Positions 9,552 through 18,727 of a stretch of DNA of 64,000 nt are shown here, in pieces. Below the pieces are notes generated by a model that saw only the letters and a list, made by a program, of their open reading frames with translations, searched no databases and was not told the DNA's origin. Source of the stretch: an uncultured bacterium (GTDB taxonomy: Bacteria; Oederibacteriota; Oederibacteriia; Oederibacteriales; Oederibacteriaceae); contig OZ218778.1 in the NCBI GenBank assembly GCA_965112635.1, positions 1,024,001 through 1,088,000 on the forward strand, in the 5' to 3' direction. The position numbers were made by a program, and so were the translations under genes. The first letter of the stretch is position 1, and each line of letters opens with the position of its first letter.

Positions 9552-11378
9552 ATGTTTCGGCGCTTAGTCGTATTCACGGCTTTTGTCCTGATCGCCTGCC
9601 TGCTGAGTTTCCCGGTGGCCACCGGAGACACCTGGTGGCAGCTGGAGTGCGGCAAGACCCTGGTGAATCTCAAGCACTTTCCGGACCATGAGATCTATTC
9701 CTACGCGGCCGCCTCCTGTCCCTATGCCAAGCACGAATGGTTTTTTGAGGTCCTGCTCTACGGCCTTTACCAGGCGGGCGGTTTCATTGCTCTCAACCTG
9801 TTAAAGATCGCCGCGGGCCTGCTGACCTGGTGGGTTGTCTACCGAACCTGCCTTTTTTTGAAAGCTTCCTGGATGCCGTCCCTTCTCGCCTGTTTGCTGG
9901 GAGCCGTGGTCAGCCGGTTCTACTGGTTTGAACGGCCCCAGGTCATGACCTATTTGTTTTTCTCCCTTTTCCTTTATTTATTGTGGAGAAAGCAAAAGGG
10001 AAAAGCAGTCCACTGGCTGCTCCTGCCAATCCTGAGCGTCATCTGGGTCAATTTTCATCACGCCAGCGTCATCGGCTTGTTTGTCATCGGGTTGTTCCTG
10101 CTGACCAATTTGTGGGATTGGCTCATGGAAAAAGGCGTCCCCAAAAAAAAAGCGAAGACCAGAGCCGCGTGGTTGGGCTGGACTTTGTTCGGCTGCGGGC
10201 TGGCCATGATGGTCTATCCGCACGGTTTCTGGATCTATTGGATGCCCTGGGAGGCCATGCATAACCAGTATGTCCAGCAAACGATCAACGAGTATTTCCC
10301 GGCTTCCTTTTCTTTTACTTCTTTTATCGCGCTCCTGATCCTGGGCTGGCTCCTGGCCCTGGCTGTGTTCAAAAAGACCGACAAGACAGAATGGCTCCTG
10401 CTGGCCTGCTTCACCCTCCTTTCCATCCGTCTGAGACGCAATATCCCGCTGACCGCCATTGTGCTGGCGCCCTTGCTGGCCCGGTGGTGCGGGCTGCTGC
10501 TGCAGGAACTGAAAAAAAGATCTTTCTGGCACAGGGCGGGCCAATGGTTCTCGACCGGGGCGCTGGTCTGCATGGTGGGTGGCATCGGTTATGTCACGGC
10601 CAGGGAAGGGCATTTCGGGTTTGGGGTAGTGCCGCATATTTTCCCGGAGCAGGCCGTTGATTTTTTGGAGCAAGTCCAGCCCGAGACGGAGCTCTTTTGC
10701 GACATGAACTGGGCGGGTTACGCGCTGTGGCGCCTTTACCCGGCCTACCGGGTCTTTACCATGGGCAGGATCATGATGTATCCCTACCCTAAAAGCGTGC
10801 TCAGGGAGTACCTGGCTTTTGTGACCGGGCCGGAACAGGAATACCGCGAGTTGGAAAAAAGGTACAATATCCGCTCAGCCCTCGTGCCCTACGGCGACAC
10901 GCTCCTCCTGCAGAGGCTGGAGAACAGGCCGGACTGGCAGCTGGCCTATATCGATGAAACCGACCTGGTTTACCTGGCCAAAACAGGAAAAAACAGGGAG
11001 ATCCTGAAAAAATGCGGATACCGCGCCCTGCATCCCGGCCGGTTCCCTTTTTACGACCAGGCCCGGTCCAAGGAGGCTTATCAGGAGATCTTGAGGGCCA
11101 TTGACCTGAGGCCGGACGCCCCCCGCCTGCATTACTACCTGAGCGTGTGGTATTATGACCATCATCAAGACGAGCAGGCCATGGGGGAGTTCCAAAAGAC
11201 CTTGAACCTCAACCCCGGCATCGCAGGGGCGTATAAATATTTGGGTTCCATTTATTTCCGTCATCACCAGCCGGAACAAGCCCGCCAAGCCTGGGAAAAG
11301 GCGTTGGAGCTTGGTCCTGACCCGGAGATCCAGAAAGCATTGGCGGCCTTGAGCTCCCAGGACAAAGCTCCCAAGTAG
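9552..11378 (+). CDS. Multi-pass membrane protein (GT-C-like) with C-terminal TPRs
   Basis: GDTWWQL motif after TM1; HEW; RPQ; many TM segments; C-terminal TPR-like repeats. Confidence 0.65.
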   Translation: MFRRLVVFTAFVLIACLLSFPVATGDTWWQLECGKTLVNLKHFPDHEIYSYAAASCPYAKHEWFFEVLLYGLYQAGGFIALNLLKIAAGLLTWWVVYRTCLFLKASWMPSLLACLLGAVVSRFYWFERPQVMTYLFFSLFLYLLWRKQKGKAVHWLLLPILSVIWVNFHHASVIGLFVIGLFLLTNLWDWLMEKGVPKKKAKTRAAWLGWTLFGCGLAMMVYPHGFWIYWMPWEAMHNQYVQQTINEYFPASFSFTSFIALLILGWLLALAVFKKTDKTEWLLLACFTLLSIRLRRNIPLTAIVLAPLLARWCGLLLQELKKRSFWHRAGQWFSTGALVCMVGGIGYVTAREGHFGFGVVPHIFPEQAVDFLEQVQPETELFCDMNWAGYALWRLYPAYRVFTMGRIMMYPYPKSVLREYLAFVTGPEQEYRELEKRYNIRSALVPYGDTLLLQRLENRPDWQLAYIDETDLVYLAKTGKNREILKKCGYRALHPGRFPFYDQARSKEAYQEILRAIDLRPDAPRLHYYLSVWYYDHHQDEQAMGEFQKTLNLNPGIAGAYKYLGSIYFRHHQPEQARQAWEKALELGPDPEIQKALAALSSQDKAPK

Positions 11379-11402
11379 AGCAAAGGATTTGAAGGAGGGT
11401 TT

Positions 11403-13733
11403 ATGTCAAAGAATTGGTTAAGGATCCTGGTATTGAGCGGGATATTATTTTGTTCCAGCGGAGGGATCATGACGGCCAAGGAGGCACCTTTGCAGCGGAA
11501 AGAGGCGATGGTCCAGATAGAAAACAAAGTGGCCCGGCTTTCCATCGGAAAAGACACGGGGTGGATACGGTCGATCGTTTGGAAGGACAAGAACATAGAC
11601 CTGTGCAAACAGGTCTGGGAGCAGATCAAGGGATATATCGGCTGGCTGAGGGTCTATGACGAGCGGGAAAGAAAATGGTTCAACGATTACGACCAGAATT
11701 TCACGGTGAGCGATTTCAAACAGGACGGCAACCAGGTATCTTTCAATAAGCATTTTACAGGCGCGGCCTTTAACCTCAGGGCGACCCTGACTATGGAAGA
11801 CGACTCCCTCAACTGGGAAGTTGTTATGGAAAAGAAAAGCAAGGAGACTCTGGACCGCGGCATCCGGGTGAGTTTTGTCCTGCCTTTGATCGGCTCCTGG
11901 AAGGTCTGGGCGCCGGCCTCGGAAGCGCAGTTCGAATACGACCGGATGACCTCCTTTGAGTATTTTTACTGCCAGCTCCCGGATTACGGCAAGAACGAGG
12001 TCGCTGTCCCCATCCTTTCCAATTATTCCCCCAAAAAGGACGTGGGGTATTCCGTGATCGTGCCCTTTGACCAAAAGATCCCGGCCACCAAATTCCTTTT
12101 CCAGAACGGGGACCGGTGCTTCATGGACGGGAACGACCGTCCCATCGAGGATTATCCCGTGCTGGAGGTCATTAACTACTACATCGGGCTCATCCAGGAC
12201 AGGAAGCTGACCACCAGTTGCCGGGTGTTTTTCCACGAGGGCGACTGGAGGCCCGGGCTGGGGATGGCCTATAACCGGTACAAGGAATATTTCGTGCCCA
12301 AAGACGATATCTTGTGGGACAAACAAGGCGTGTTTAAATGCGGTATTTTCGAGGATGCGGACCAGCTGGACAAGCTGAAGAAGGTGCAGCTCAAATATTT
12401 CGAGCTTCACGGCAGTTTTTTCTGCTACGGCGAGTATTTTCCTCCCCAGGAGAGCTGGAGAAGGTTCTGGGTGGCGGAGACCATCGATGGCGCGCATAAC
12501 GGCCAGATGCCCATCGACGAGGTGTGGGAACAATCGCAGACCCTGTCTGATGCGGAGCTCCTCAAGCAGTACGGTATCGGAATCCCCAACAACTCCAGAC
12601 AGACCATTCACGACAGCCTCAAGAAGTTCAACAATGCGGACGTTAATGCTTACTATTATTTCAACTACAACGACGGGTTCTGGACCTGGGCCAAAAAGAA
12701 TTACGAGAGCTGTATGTCCAAAATGGAGGACGGCAATTATTACCGGCACGGCGAATGGGGTGTGATGAACGCGGACCTCAAATATCCCTTTGGCCAGCAC
12801 CTGCTCAAGGAAGCCGGGCAGATCCTAGAGGAGTACCCGGAGCTGTCCGGGCTTTTCCTCGACGTGTTCCGGCATTTTGAGTTCGATTTCGGCCATGACG
12901 ACGGCGTGACCGTGGCCAACAACAAGCCCATCTACAGCATCAATTTCGCCTACGACGCCTTGACCGAAGAGATCCAAAAACTGCTCCAGAAACAAGGTAA
13001 AAGCGCTTTTGCCAACAAACCCTACACCATCCGTTCCGCGAAGTACGTGGACGGGGTCATGGTCGAGGGCGACGGGGACGCCATGCAGGAAAAGCTTTTC
13101 TACCTCTGCCTCGCCAAGCCGCTTCTGATGCTCTTTTACAACGGCGACGGTTCAGCCACGGAAGAGAATCTGAGGAAGACCGTGGTCTACGGGGCCTACC
13201 CGGGCACCCCGCCGGATGATTTTCTCAGCGACACCGCTCATGGCAAGGAACAGCTGGAGCGCGACACGGCCCTTTACGCCAAGTATGTCCCGCTTTTCCA
13301 GCAGTTCGACCGCAGGGTCTTCTGCTTTGAGCCGGACCCCATGCGCTTGCCCCAAGGCATGACCGGCAAGCTCTATACGGTCAAAGGCGATTACGTGGCC
13401 GGTGTCCGGAGCGAAGGGGTCAGCGACTACGACAAGTACGAGAGCTCCGTGGCGCGATACGTCTATTTCAGGGTCAAACGCGGCTTTGATGTGGGAGAAG
13501 TCACCGTGATGTACCCGGGGGACAAGGAAGGCAGGAGCGTCAAATTCCTTTTCAACGGATCCATCATCGGGGTTCCGCTGGAAGGATACAGGAATTGCGG
13601 AGTCATCCGGCTCAAGGTCACGGGAAACACGGGCAAAGAGATCAAGGCGATGGACTACAGCGAGGTCATCCAGCCCAACTGCGACGCGAGCGTCAACCCT
13701 CCTGTGGACAGCTTTGCAGCGGCGGGGAAATAG
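11403..13733 (+). CDS. Putative secreted glycoside-hydrolase-like protein
   Basis: Signal-peptide-like N-terminus; beta-rich N-domain; TIM-barrel-like core with GLFLDVF; no family assigned. Confidence 0.5.
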   Translation: MSKNWLRILVLSGILFCSSGGIMTAKEAPLQRKEAMVQIENKVARLSIGKDTGWIRSIVWKDKNIDLCKQVWEQIKGYIGWLRVYDERERKWFNDYDQNFTVSDFKQDGNQVSFNKHFTGAAFNLRATLTMEDDSLNWEVVMEKKSKETLDRGIRVSFVLPLIGSWKVWAPASEAQFEYDRMTSFEYFYCQLPDYGKNEVAVPILSNYSPKKDVGYSVIVPFDQKIPATKFLFQNGDRCFMDGNDRPIEDYPVLEVINYYIGLIQDRKLTTSCRVFFHEGDWRPGLGMAYNRYKEYFVPKDDILWDKQGVFKCGIFEDADQLDKLKKVQLKYFELHGSFFCYGEYFPPQESWRRFWVAETIDGAHNGQMPIDEVWEQSQTLSDAELLKQYGIGIPNNSRQTIHDSLKKFNNADVNAYYYFNYNDGFWTWAKKNYESCMSKMEDGNYYRHGEWGVMNADLKYPFGQHLLKEAGQILEEYPELSGLFLDVFRHFEFDFGHDDGVTVANNKPIYSINFAYDALTEEIQKLLQKQGKSAFANKPYTIRSAKYVDGVMVEGDGDAMQEKLFYLCLAKPLLMLFYNGDGSATEENLRKTVVYGAYPGTPPDDFLSDTAHGKEQLERDTALYAKYVPLFQQFDRRVFCFEPDPMRLPQGMTGKLYTVKGDYVAGVRSEGVSDYDKYESSVARYVYFRVKRGFDVGEVTVMYPGDKEGRSVKFLFNGSIIGVPLEGYRNCGVIRLKVTGNTGKEIKAMDYSEVIQPNCDASVNPPVDSFAAAGK

Positions 13734-13736
13734 TCC

Positions 13737-14477
13737 TTACTTTTTGATGACCGGCGAAGCTTCCTGAACGAACGGGTTGAGCCGGACCATCAGGGAAAAA
13801 ATGTAGGGGTAGTTGGTTTTCAGGTGCGCCAGGTGGCCCAGCCATTCGCGGATCAAAATTTTGTAGGCCCGAACCATATCGTTCCTCAGGTGTTTCATGT
13901 CCGGAGAATCCGAAGCTCCAAAATTTTTCCTGACGAATAGCTCCTCGGTCAGATGATTGACGGCCAAAAGCAGGTCCGTAAAGGCCTCGTGCTCCTGCTG
14001 GTTGGGATTTTGGATGAGCCCCAGGATGAACTCCCTTTTAGCCAGCAGCGACTGGCGCAATTTGGCAAGCTGGCGGGAGGAGGGGTTCAGGTCCAGGGCA
14101 GCGGCCTGGGTCGCTTTGAGGGCCAGCCGGTAGTCTTTGGGCGCCCAGTCCTGGTAAACCCGCAAAGACCGGCTCAGGAGCGCTGAATCCGCGCAAAAAC
14201 CATTGAATTCCTTCAAAAGGTCGTCGCCGATTTCACTGAAAAAAGCGCCAATGAGCATGTGAGCTTTTCTGAGCATGGCGAGACGCTCGCGGTCGCTCAA
14301 TAGTTTTTCGATGATCAGGGTGACCAGGAGGACCTGGATGGGGATGAACACGATATTGAGGGCGATATTGAACACAAGGTCCCTGGAATTCTGGAACACC
14401 AGGTAATGAATGAAACCAAGCGCCAAGGACAGGCCGATCAGGATCAGGCCGGCCACGAATTTCCAGGACAGACTCAT
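13737..14477 (-). CDS. Hypothetical membrane protein (2 N-terminal TMs)
   Basis: MSLSWKF start with AAAGGTGG RBS; FIPIQVLLVTLII; GAFFSEIG; NYPYIFSL. Confidence 0.75.
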   Translation of the reverse strand: MSLSWKFVAGLILIGLSLALGFIHYLVFQNSRDLVFNIALNIVFIPIQVLLVTLIIEKLLSDRERLAMLRKAHMLIGAFFSEIGDDLLKEFNGFCADSALLSRSLRVYQDWAPKDYRLALKATQAAALDLNPSSRQLAKLRQSLLAKREFILGLIQNPNQQEHEAFTDLLLAVNHLTEELFVRKNFGASDSPDMKHLRNDMVRAYKILIREWLGHLAHLKTNYPYIFSLMVRLNPFVQEASPVIKK

Positions 14478-14570
14478 TTTTCCACCTTTCACGACTCGCT
14501 ATGATTATACCCAAAAATGAAAAATTTTTAGCTGTCTTTGTCCAGGAAGGTCTTTCTTTTCGTCCGCGGC

Positions 14571-14599
14571 TTGACAGGGGACCGGAGGGGTGTTTTAAT
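14571..14599 (+). promoter_or_regulatory. Sigma70-type promoter of amt1-glnK
   Basis: TTGACA-N17-TTTAAT with extended -10 TGn. Confidence 0.65.
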
Positions 14600-14621
14600 A
14601 CCCTCTGGTAACACAGAAAGA

Positions 14622-14699
14622 AAAACAATGAGGTTTTGATAGCGAGACGACGGCGTCTCTGGTGGCTATAGTGCCAACAGAAACGCCGTTCCTGTTTTT
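14622..14699 (+). promoter_or_regulatory. ANTAR-type dual-hairpin antitermination element plus intrinsic terminator (copy 1)
   Basis: P1 AAAAC-AATGAG-GTTTT; P2 GAGAC-GACGGC-GTCTC overlapping terminator stem GACGGCGTCTCTG...CAGAAACGCCGTT followed by CCTGTTTTT. Confidence 0.7.
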
Positions 14700-14723
14700 A
14701 AAACAAAACTAGGAGGTTTTGTT

Positions 14724-16055
14724 ATGAGAAACCGCTCCACCATTTTATTTATTTGCCTATCTGTCTTTTTCCTTTGTTTACCTGCCCTGGCTTTGGCTGA
14801 ACAAGCGGCGGCCGCTGCACCCAAAATAGATTCCGGCGATACAGCCTGGGTCTTGCTCTCAGCCGGCTTGGTACTCCTCATGACGCCCGGCTTGGCGTTC
14901 TTTTACGGAGGCCTGGTCCGGCGCAAGAACGTGCTTTCCATCCTGATGCAGTGCTTCATGGCCATCTGCATCGTGACCGTGCAGTGGTTCCTTTTCGGGT
15001 ATTCCCTTGCTTTTGGGCCTGACCAGCACTCTGTGATCGGGGGGCTGGACTGGCTGCTCTTAAAAGGCGTGGGATTGACCCCCAATCCGGACTACGCGGG
15101 GACCATCCCGCACCAGGCATTCATGATCTTCCAGGCCATGTTCGCCATCATCACGCCGGCCCTGGTCCTGGGCGCTTTCGCGGAGAGGATGAAATTCTCG
15201 GCCTACTGCCTTTTCCTGCTGTTATGGTCCACTTTTGTTTACGATCCCGTGTGCCACTGGGTGTGGGGCGCGGGCGGGTTTTTAAAGAGCGCCGGCGTGA
15301 TGGATTTTGCCGGGGGAGCCGTGGTGCACATCAACGCCGGGCTGGCGGCCCTGGCCGCAGCCCTGGTCATGGGCCGCAGGTTGGGGTATCCCTCCAAGAT
15401 CTCGCCGCCGCACAACCTGCCCTTTGCGGTCCTGGGAGCGGGCCTTTTGTGGTTCGGCTGGTTCGGTTTTAACGCCGGGAGCGCCTTGTGTTCCGGTTCC
15501 CTGGCGACCAGCGCCCTGGTTGCGACCCACGCGGCCGGCGCCATAGCCGGGTTGACCTGGGCCATCCTCGACCATTTCTTCACCACCAAGCCGACCGTCC
15601 TGGGGATGATCACGGGAGCGGTGGCGGGTCTGGCGGCCGTGACCCCCGCGGCCGGGTTCGTCACTCCGGCAGGCGCGCTGGTCATCGGCATCGGGGCAAG
15701 CGTCATCTGCTACTTTTTCGTGGCCATCGTCAAGGCCAAGCTCGGTTATGACGATTCCCTGGACGCTTTCGGGGTGCACGGCATCGGCGGGCTGTGGGGC
15801 GTGATCGCCACCGGGTTACTGGCCACCAAGGCGGTCAATCCGGCAGGCGCCGACGGGCTTTTCTACGGCAACCCGGGGCAGTTCCTGGTCCAGGTCAAAG
15901 CCAGTCTTATCGTGGCCCTGTATTCGTTCGTGGTTTCCGTGGCCATTTTCAAGCTCATTGACGTGATGGTCGGTTTGCGGGTCTCTTCGGACGTGGAAAA
16001 GATCGGGCTGGACCTGAGCGAGCACCGCGAGGCCGGTTATACCGTCCTGGAATAA
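14724..16055 (+). CDS. amtB: Ammonium transporter AmtB (copy 1)
   Basis: DSGDTAW; LMTPGLAFFYGG; FQAMFAIIT; DFAGG; twin His (VVHINAG, GVHGIGG); WFGFNAGS. Confidence 0.96.
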   Translation: MRNRSTILFICLSVFFLCLPALALAEQAAAAAPKIDSGDTAWVLLSAGLVLLMTPGLAFFYGGLVRRKNVLSILMQCFMAICIVTVQWFLFGYSLAFGPDQHSVIGGLDWLLLKGVGLTPNPDYAGTIPHQAFMIFQAMFAIITPALVLGAFAERMKFSAYCLFLLLWSTFVYDPVCHWVWGAGGFLKSAGVMDFAGGAVVHINAGLAALAAALVMGRRLGYPSKISPPHNLPFAVLGAGLLWFGWFGFNAGSALCSGSLATSALVATHAAGAIAGLTWAILDHFFTTKPTVLGMITGAVAGLAAVTPAAGFVTPAGALVIGIGASVICYFFVAIVKAKLGYDDSLDAFGVHGIGGLWGVIATGLLATKAVNPAGADGLFYGNPGQFLVQVKASLIVALYSFVVSVAIFKLIDVMVGLRVSSDVEKIGLDLSEHREAGYTVLE

Positions 16056-16082
16056 TACAAACAAAGAAAGAGGAGGTTTGCT

Positions 16083-16424
16083 ATGAAATATGTTGTGGCG
16101 GTGATCCAGCCGGACAGGCTGGAGGAAGTTCTGGACCGGTTGACCGCAGAGGAGATCCACCTGGTCACAGTCAGCAATGTCATGGGCCGGGGACGGCAAA
16201 AAGGGGTTTCCGAAGTTTATCGGAGCCACCGGGAAGCCGGGAATTTGTTGAAGAAAGTGAAGCTGGAGATCGCGGTCAATGACAAGTTCGTGAAACCGAC
16301 CGTCAAGGCCGTCACCGAGGGCGGCCGCACCGGTAACGTGGGGGACGGCAAGATCTTCATCATGGACCTTGAGGAATGCATCCGTATCCGTACCGGGGAG
16401 ACCGGAGGTGTGGCGATCGGCTGA
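16083..16424 (+). CDS. glnK: P-II nitrogen regulator
   Basis: GRGRQKG T-loop with Tyr (VYRS); TGNVGDGKIF; IRIRTGE; located between two amt genes. Confidence 0.92.
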   Translation: MKYVVAVIQPDRLEEVLDRLTAEEIHLVTVSNVMGRGRQKGVSEVYRSHREAGNLLKKVKLEIAVNDKFVKPTVKAVTEGGRTGNVGDGKIFIMDLEECIRIRTGETGGVAIG

Positions 16425-16492
16425 AACGCTATTATTGATAACAGCTTTTAAAGATATCGCGGGCGCGTGGAAGCGCTCCAAAACGTTCTTTT

Positions 16493-16569
16493 AAACAACG
16501 AGGTTTTTGTAGTGGGACAACGGCGTCTCTGGTGGCTATGGGGCCAACAGAAACGCCGTTTTTGTTTTT
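16493..16569 (+). promoter_or_regulatory. ANTAR-type dual-hairpin antitermination element plus intrinsic terminator (copy 2)
   Basis: P1 AAAC-AACGAG-GTTT; P2 GGGAC-AACGGC-GTCTC; terminator AACGGCGTCTCTG...CAGAAACGCCGTT-TTTGTTTTT. Confidence 0.75.
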
Positions 16570-16597
16570 GAAATTAATAAAATTAGGAGGTTTCGCT

Positions 16598-17929
16598 ATG
16601 AAGAACCGTTGTCGTTATCTTGCCCTTGTTTTGCTCGCTTTGTTCCTGTTCCTGCCGGTTTTGGGCCTGGCTGACCAGGCCCCTGCGTCCCCGCCAAAAG
16701 TCGATTCCGGAGACACGGCCTGGGTCTTGGTTTCAGCCGGTCTGGTGCTTTTGATGACCCCCGGACTGGCCTTTTTTTACGGCGGACTGGTCCGCAGGAA
16801 AAATGTCCTGTCCATCCTGATGCAATGTTTCATGGCCATGTGTTTGATCACCCTGCAATGGGTCATCTTCGGTTACTCCCTGGCCTTCGGCCCGGGCAAC
16901 CATTCTTTCCTGGGCAACCTGGAGTGGTCCTTCCTCAACGGTGTGGGGCTTACCCCAAATCCAGACTACGCGGCCACGGTGCCGCATCAGGCATTCATGA
17001 TCTTCCAGGCCATGTTCGCCATCATCACACCGGCCCTGGTCCTGGGCGCTTTCGCGGAGAGGATGAAGTTCTCCGCCTACTGCCTATTCCTGCTGTTATG
17101 GGCAACGTTCGTTTACGATCCGGTGTGCCACTGGGTCTGGGGCATGGGAGGTTTCCTCAAGAACGCGGGTGTCCTCGATTTTGCCGGAGGCACGGTCGTC
17201 CATATCAACGCCGGTATCGCGGCCCTAGCCGCCGCGCTGGTCATGGGCCGCAGGCTGGGGTATCCCTCCAAGATCTCGCCGCCGCACAACCTGCCCTTTG
17301 CCGTCCTGGGCGCGGGGCTGCTGTGGGTGGGCTGGTTCGGTTTCAACGCCGGCAGCGCGCTGTGTTCCGGCGGTCTGGCGACCAACGCCCTAGTGGTGAC
17401 CCATGTGGCCACGGCCATGGCCGGCCTGACCTGGTCCCTGTTGGACAAGGTCTTTAACGGCAAACCCACCCTGCTCGGCATGATCACCGGCGCGGTGGCC
17501 GGACTAGTGGCCATCACCCCGGCGGCGGGTTTTGTGGATGTCAAAGGCGCCATGATGATCGGCTTGGGCGTCAGTATTATCTGCTATTTCTTTGTAGCTG
17601 TCGTGAAGGCTAAATTCGGCTACGACGATTCCCTGGACGCCTTTGGGGTACACGGCATCGGCGGGATGTGGGGAGCGATCGCGACCGGGTTATGGGCCAC
17701 CAAGGCGGTCAATCCTGGGGGAGCCGACGGATTGTTTTACGGCAACCCGGCTCAATTTCTGATCCAAGCCAAGTCCGCCCTCATCGTGGCCTTGTATTCC
17801 TTTGTGGTTTCCCTGGTCCTCTTCAAGCTCATTGATGCGGTGGTGGGTCTGAGGGTCGGTTCAGACGCGGAACGGATCGGTTTGGATCTGAGCGAACACC
17901 GCGAGGCAGGATACACGGTGTTGGAATAG
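16598..17929 (+). CDS. amtB: Ammonium transporter AmtB (copy 2)
   Basis: Same motifs as copy 1; ATG at 16598 follows AGGAGG. Confidence 0.96.
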   Translation: MKNRCRYLALVLLALFLFLPVLGLADQAPASPPKVDSGDTAWVLVSAGLVLLMTPGLAFFYGGLVRRKNVLSILMQCFMAMCLITLQWVIFGYSLAFGPGNHSFLGNLEWSFLNGVGLTPNPDYAATVPHQAFMIFQAMFAIITPALVLGAFAERMKFSAYCLFLLLWATFVYDPVCHWVWGMGGFLKNAGVLDFAGGTVVHINAGIAALAAALVMGRRLGYPSKISPPHNLPFAVLGAGLLWVGWFGFNAGSALCSGGLATNALVVTHVATAMAGLTWSLLDKVFNGKPTLLGMITGAVAGLVAITPAAGFVDVKGAMMIGLGVSIICYFFVAVVKAKFGYDDSLDAFGVHGIGGMWGAIATGLWATKAVNPGGADGLFYGNPAQFLIQAKSALIVALYSFVVSLVLFKLIDAVVGLRVGSDAERIGLDLSEHREAGYTVLE

Positions 17930-17939
17930 GTTTTTGAAA

Positions 17940-17976
17940 AACGGCGGGATGGGGGAGACCTTGTCCCGCCGTTGTT
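17940..17976 (+). terminator. Probable intrinsic terminator after amt2
   Basis: AACGGCGGGA...TCCCGCCGTT stem followed by a weak T-rich tail. Confidence 0.5.
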
Positions 17977-18046
17977 GTCCTTGTATTCTTCCCGCAGTCT
18001 GGCATCATTAAAGGAAAGATTTTAGACCCGGGATACAAGGAAGGTT

Positions 18047-18727
18047 ATGGCCAAGATCAAAGCAGACCTGCATGTGCATACCAAGTACTCTTTTGACGCC
18101 CTAACCTCGCTCCGGGCGATGATAAAATCGTGCTTAAAAAAAGGGATCCACTGCATCGCGGTGACCGACCATAACGAGATCGAGGGGGCCCTTTTACTCA
18201 AGAAAATGGCCCCTTTTAAGGTCATTGTGGGCGAGGAGATCCGGACCAAAGAGGGCGAGATTATCGGCCTTTTCCTGAAAAAAAGGATCCCGGCTTTCCT
18301 TTCACCATTAGAAACCATCCGGCGCATCCGGGCCCAGGGAGGCCTGGTCTACCTGCCGCACCCTTTCCTCAAGATCGCGCGCTGCAAGCTCCGCCGGGAC
18401 ACGGCCTACCGGCTGGGCAGGGAGTTCGACATCGTGGAAGGTTATAACGCCCGCAACCTGGTCAGGAAGGACGACCGCAGGGCCCAGGTTTTCGCCGAAC
18501 GGTTCAAGGCCGCGGTAGGGGCCGGTTCGGACGCCCACTCCAGGTTCGAGATAGGCCGCGCCTACGTACTGATAGATGATTTCCGAAGCCCCCAGCAGTT
18601 CCTGAGGAACTTGCGGAAGGGAATTATCATTGGACGCAAAACATCCCTGGTGTATCCTTTATTCAGCCTAGCTGTCCGCCAGACCAACCGGCGCCGGCGC
18701 AGGCACAGCTACCGAGGGGAGGATTGA
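18047..18727 (+). CDS. PHP domain metal-dependent phosphoesterase
   Basis: DLHVHTKYS; VTDHNE; GEEI; PHPF; GSDAH. Confidence 0.9.
   Translation: MAKIKADLHVHTKYSFDALTSLRAMIKSCLKKGIHCIAVTDHNEIEGALLLKKMAPFKVIVGEEIRTKEGEIIGLFLKKRIPAFLSPLETIRRIRAQGGLVYLPHPFLKIARCKLRRDTAYRLGREFDIVEGYNARNLVRKDDRRAQVFAERFKAAVGAGSDAHSRFEIGRAYVLIDDFRSPQQFLRNLRKGIIIGRKTSLVYPLFSLAVRQTNRRRRRHSYRGED

Noticed and set aside
14622-14699. Glutamine (glnA) riboswitch interpretation of the amt leaders
   Set aside because: No three-way junction or E-loop; dual hexaloops overlapping a terminator fit ANTAR better
16532-16597. N-terminal extension of amt2 in the ORF track
   Set aside because: It runs through the terminator; the true RBS and ATG are at 16585-16600
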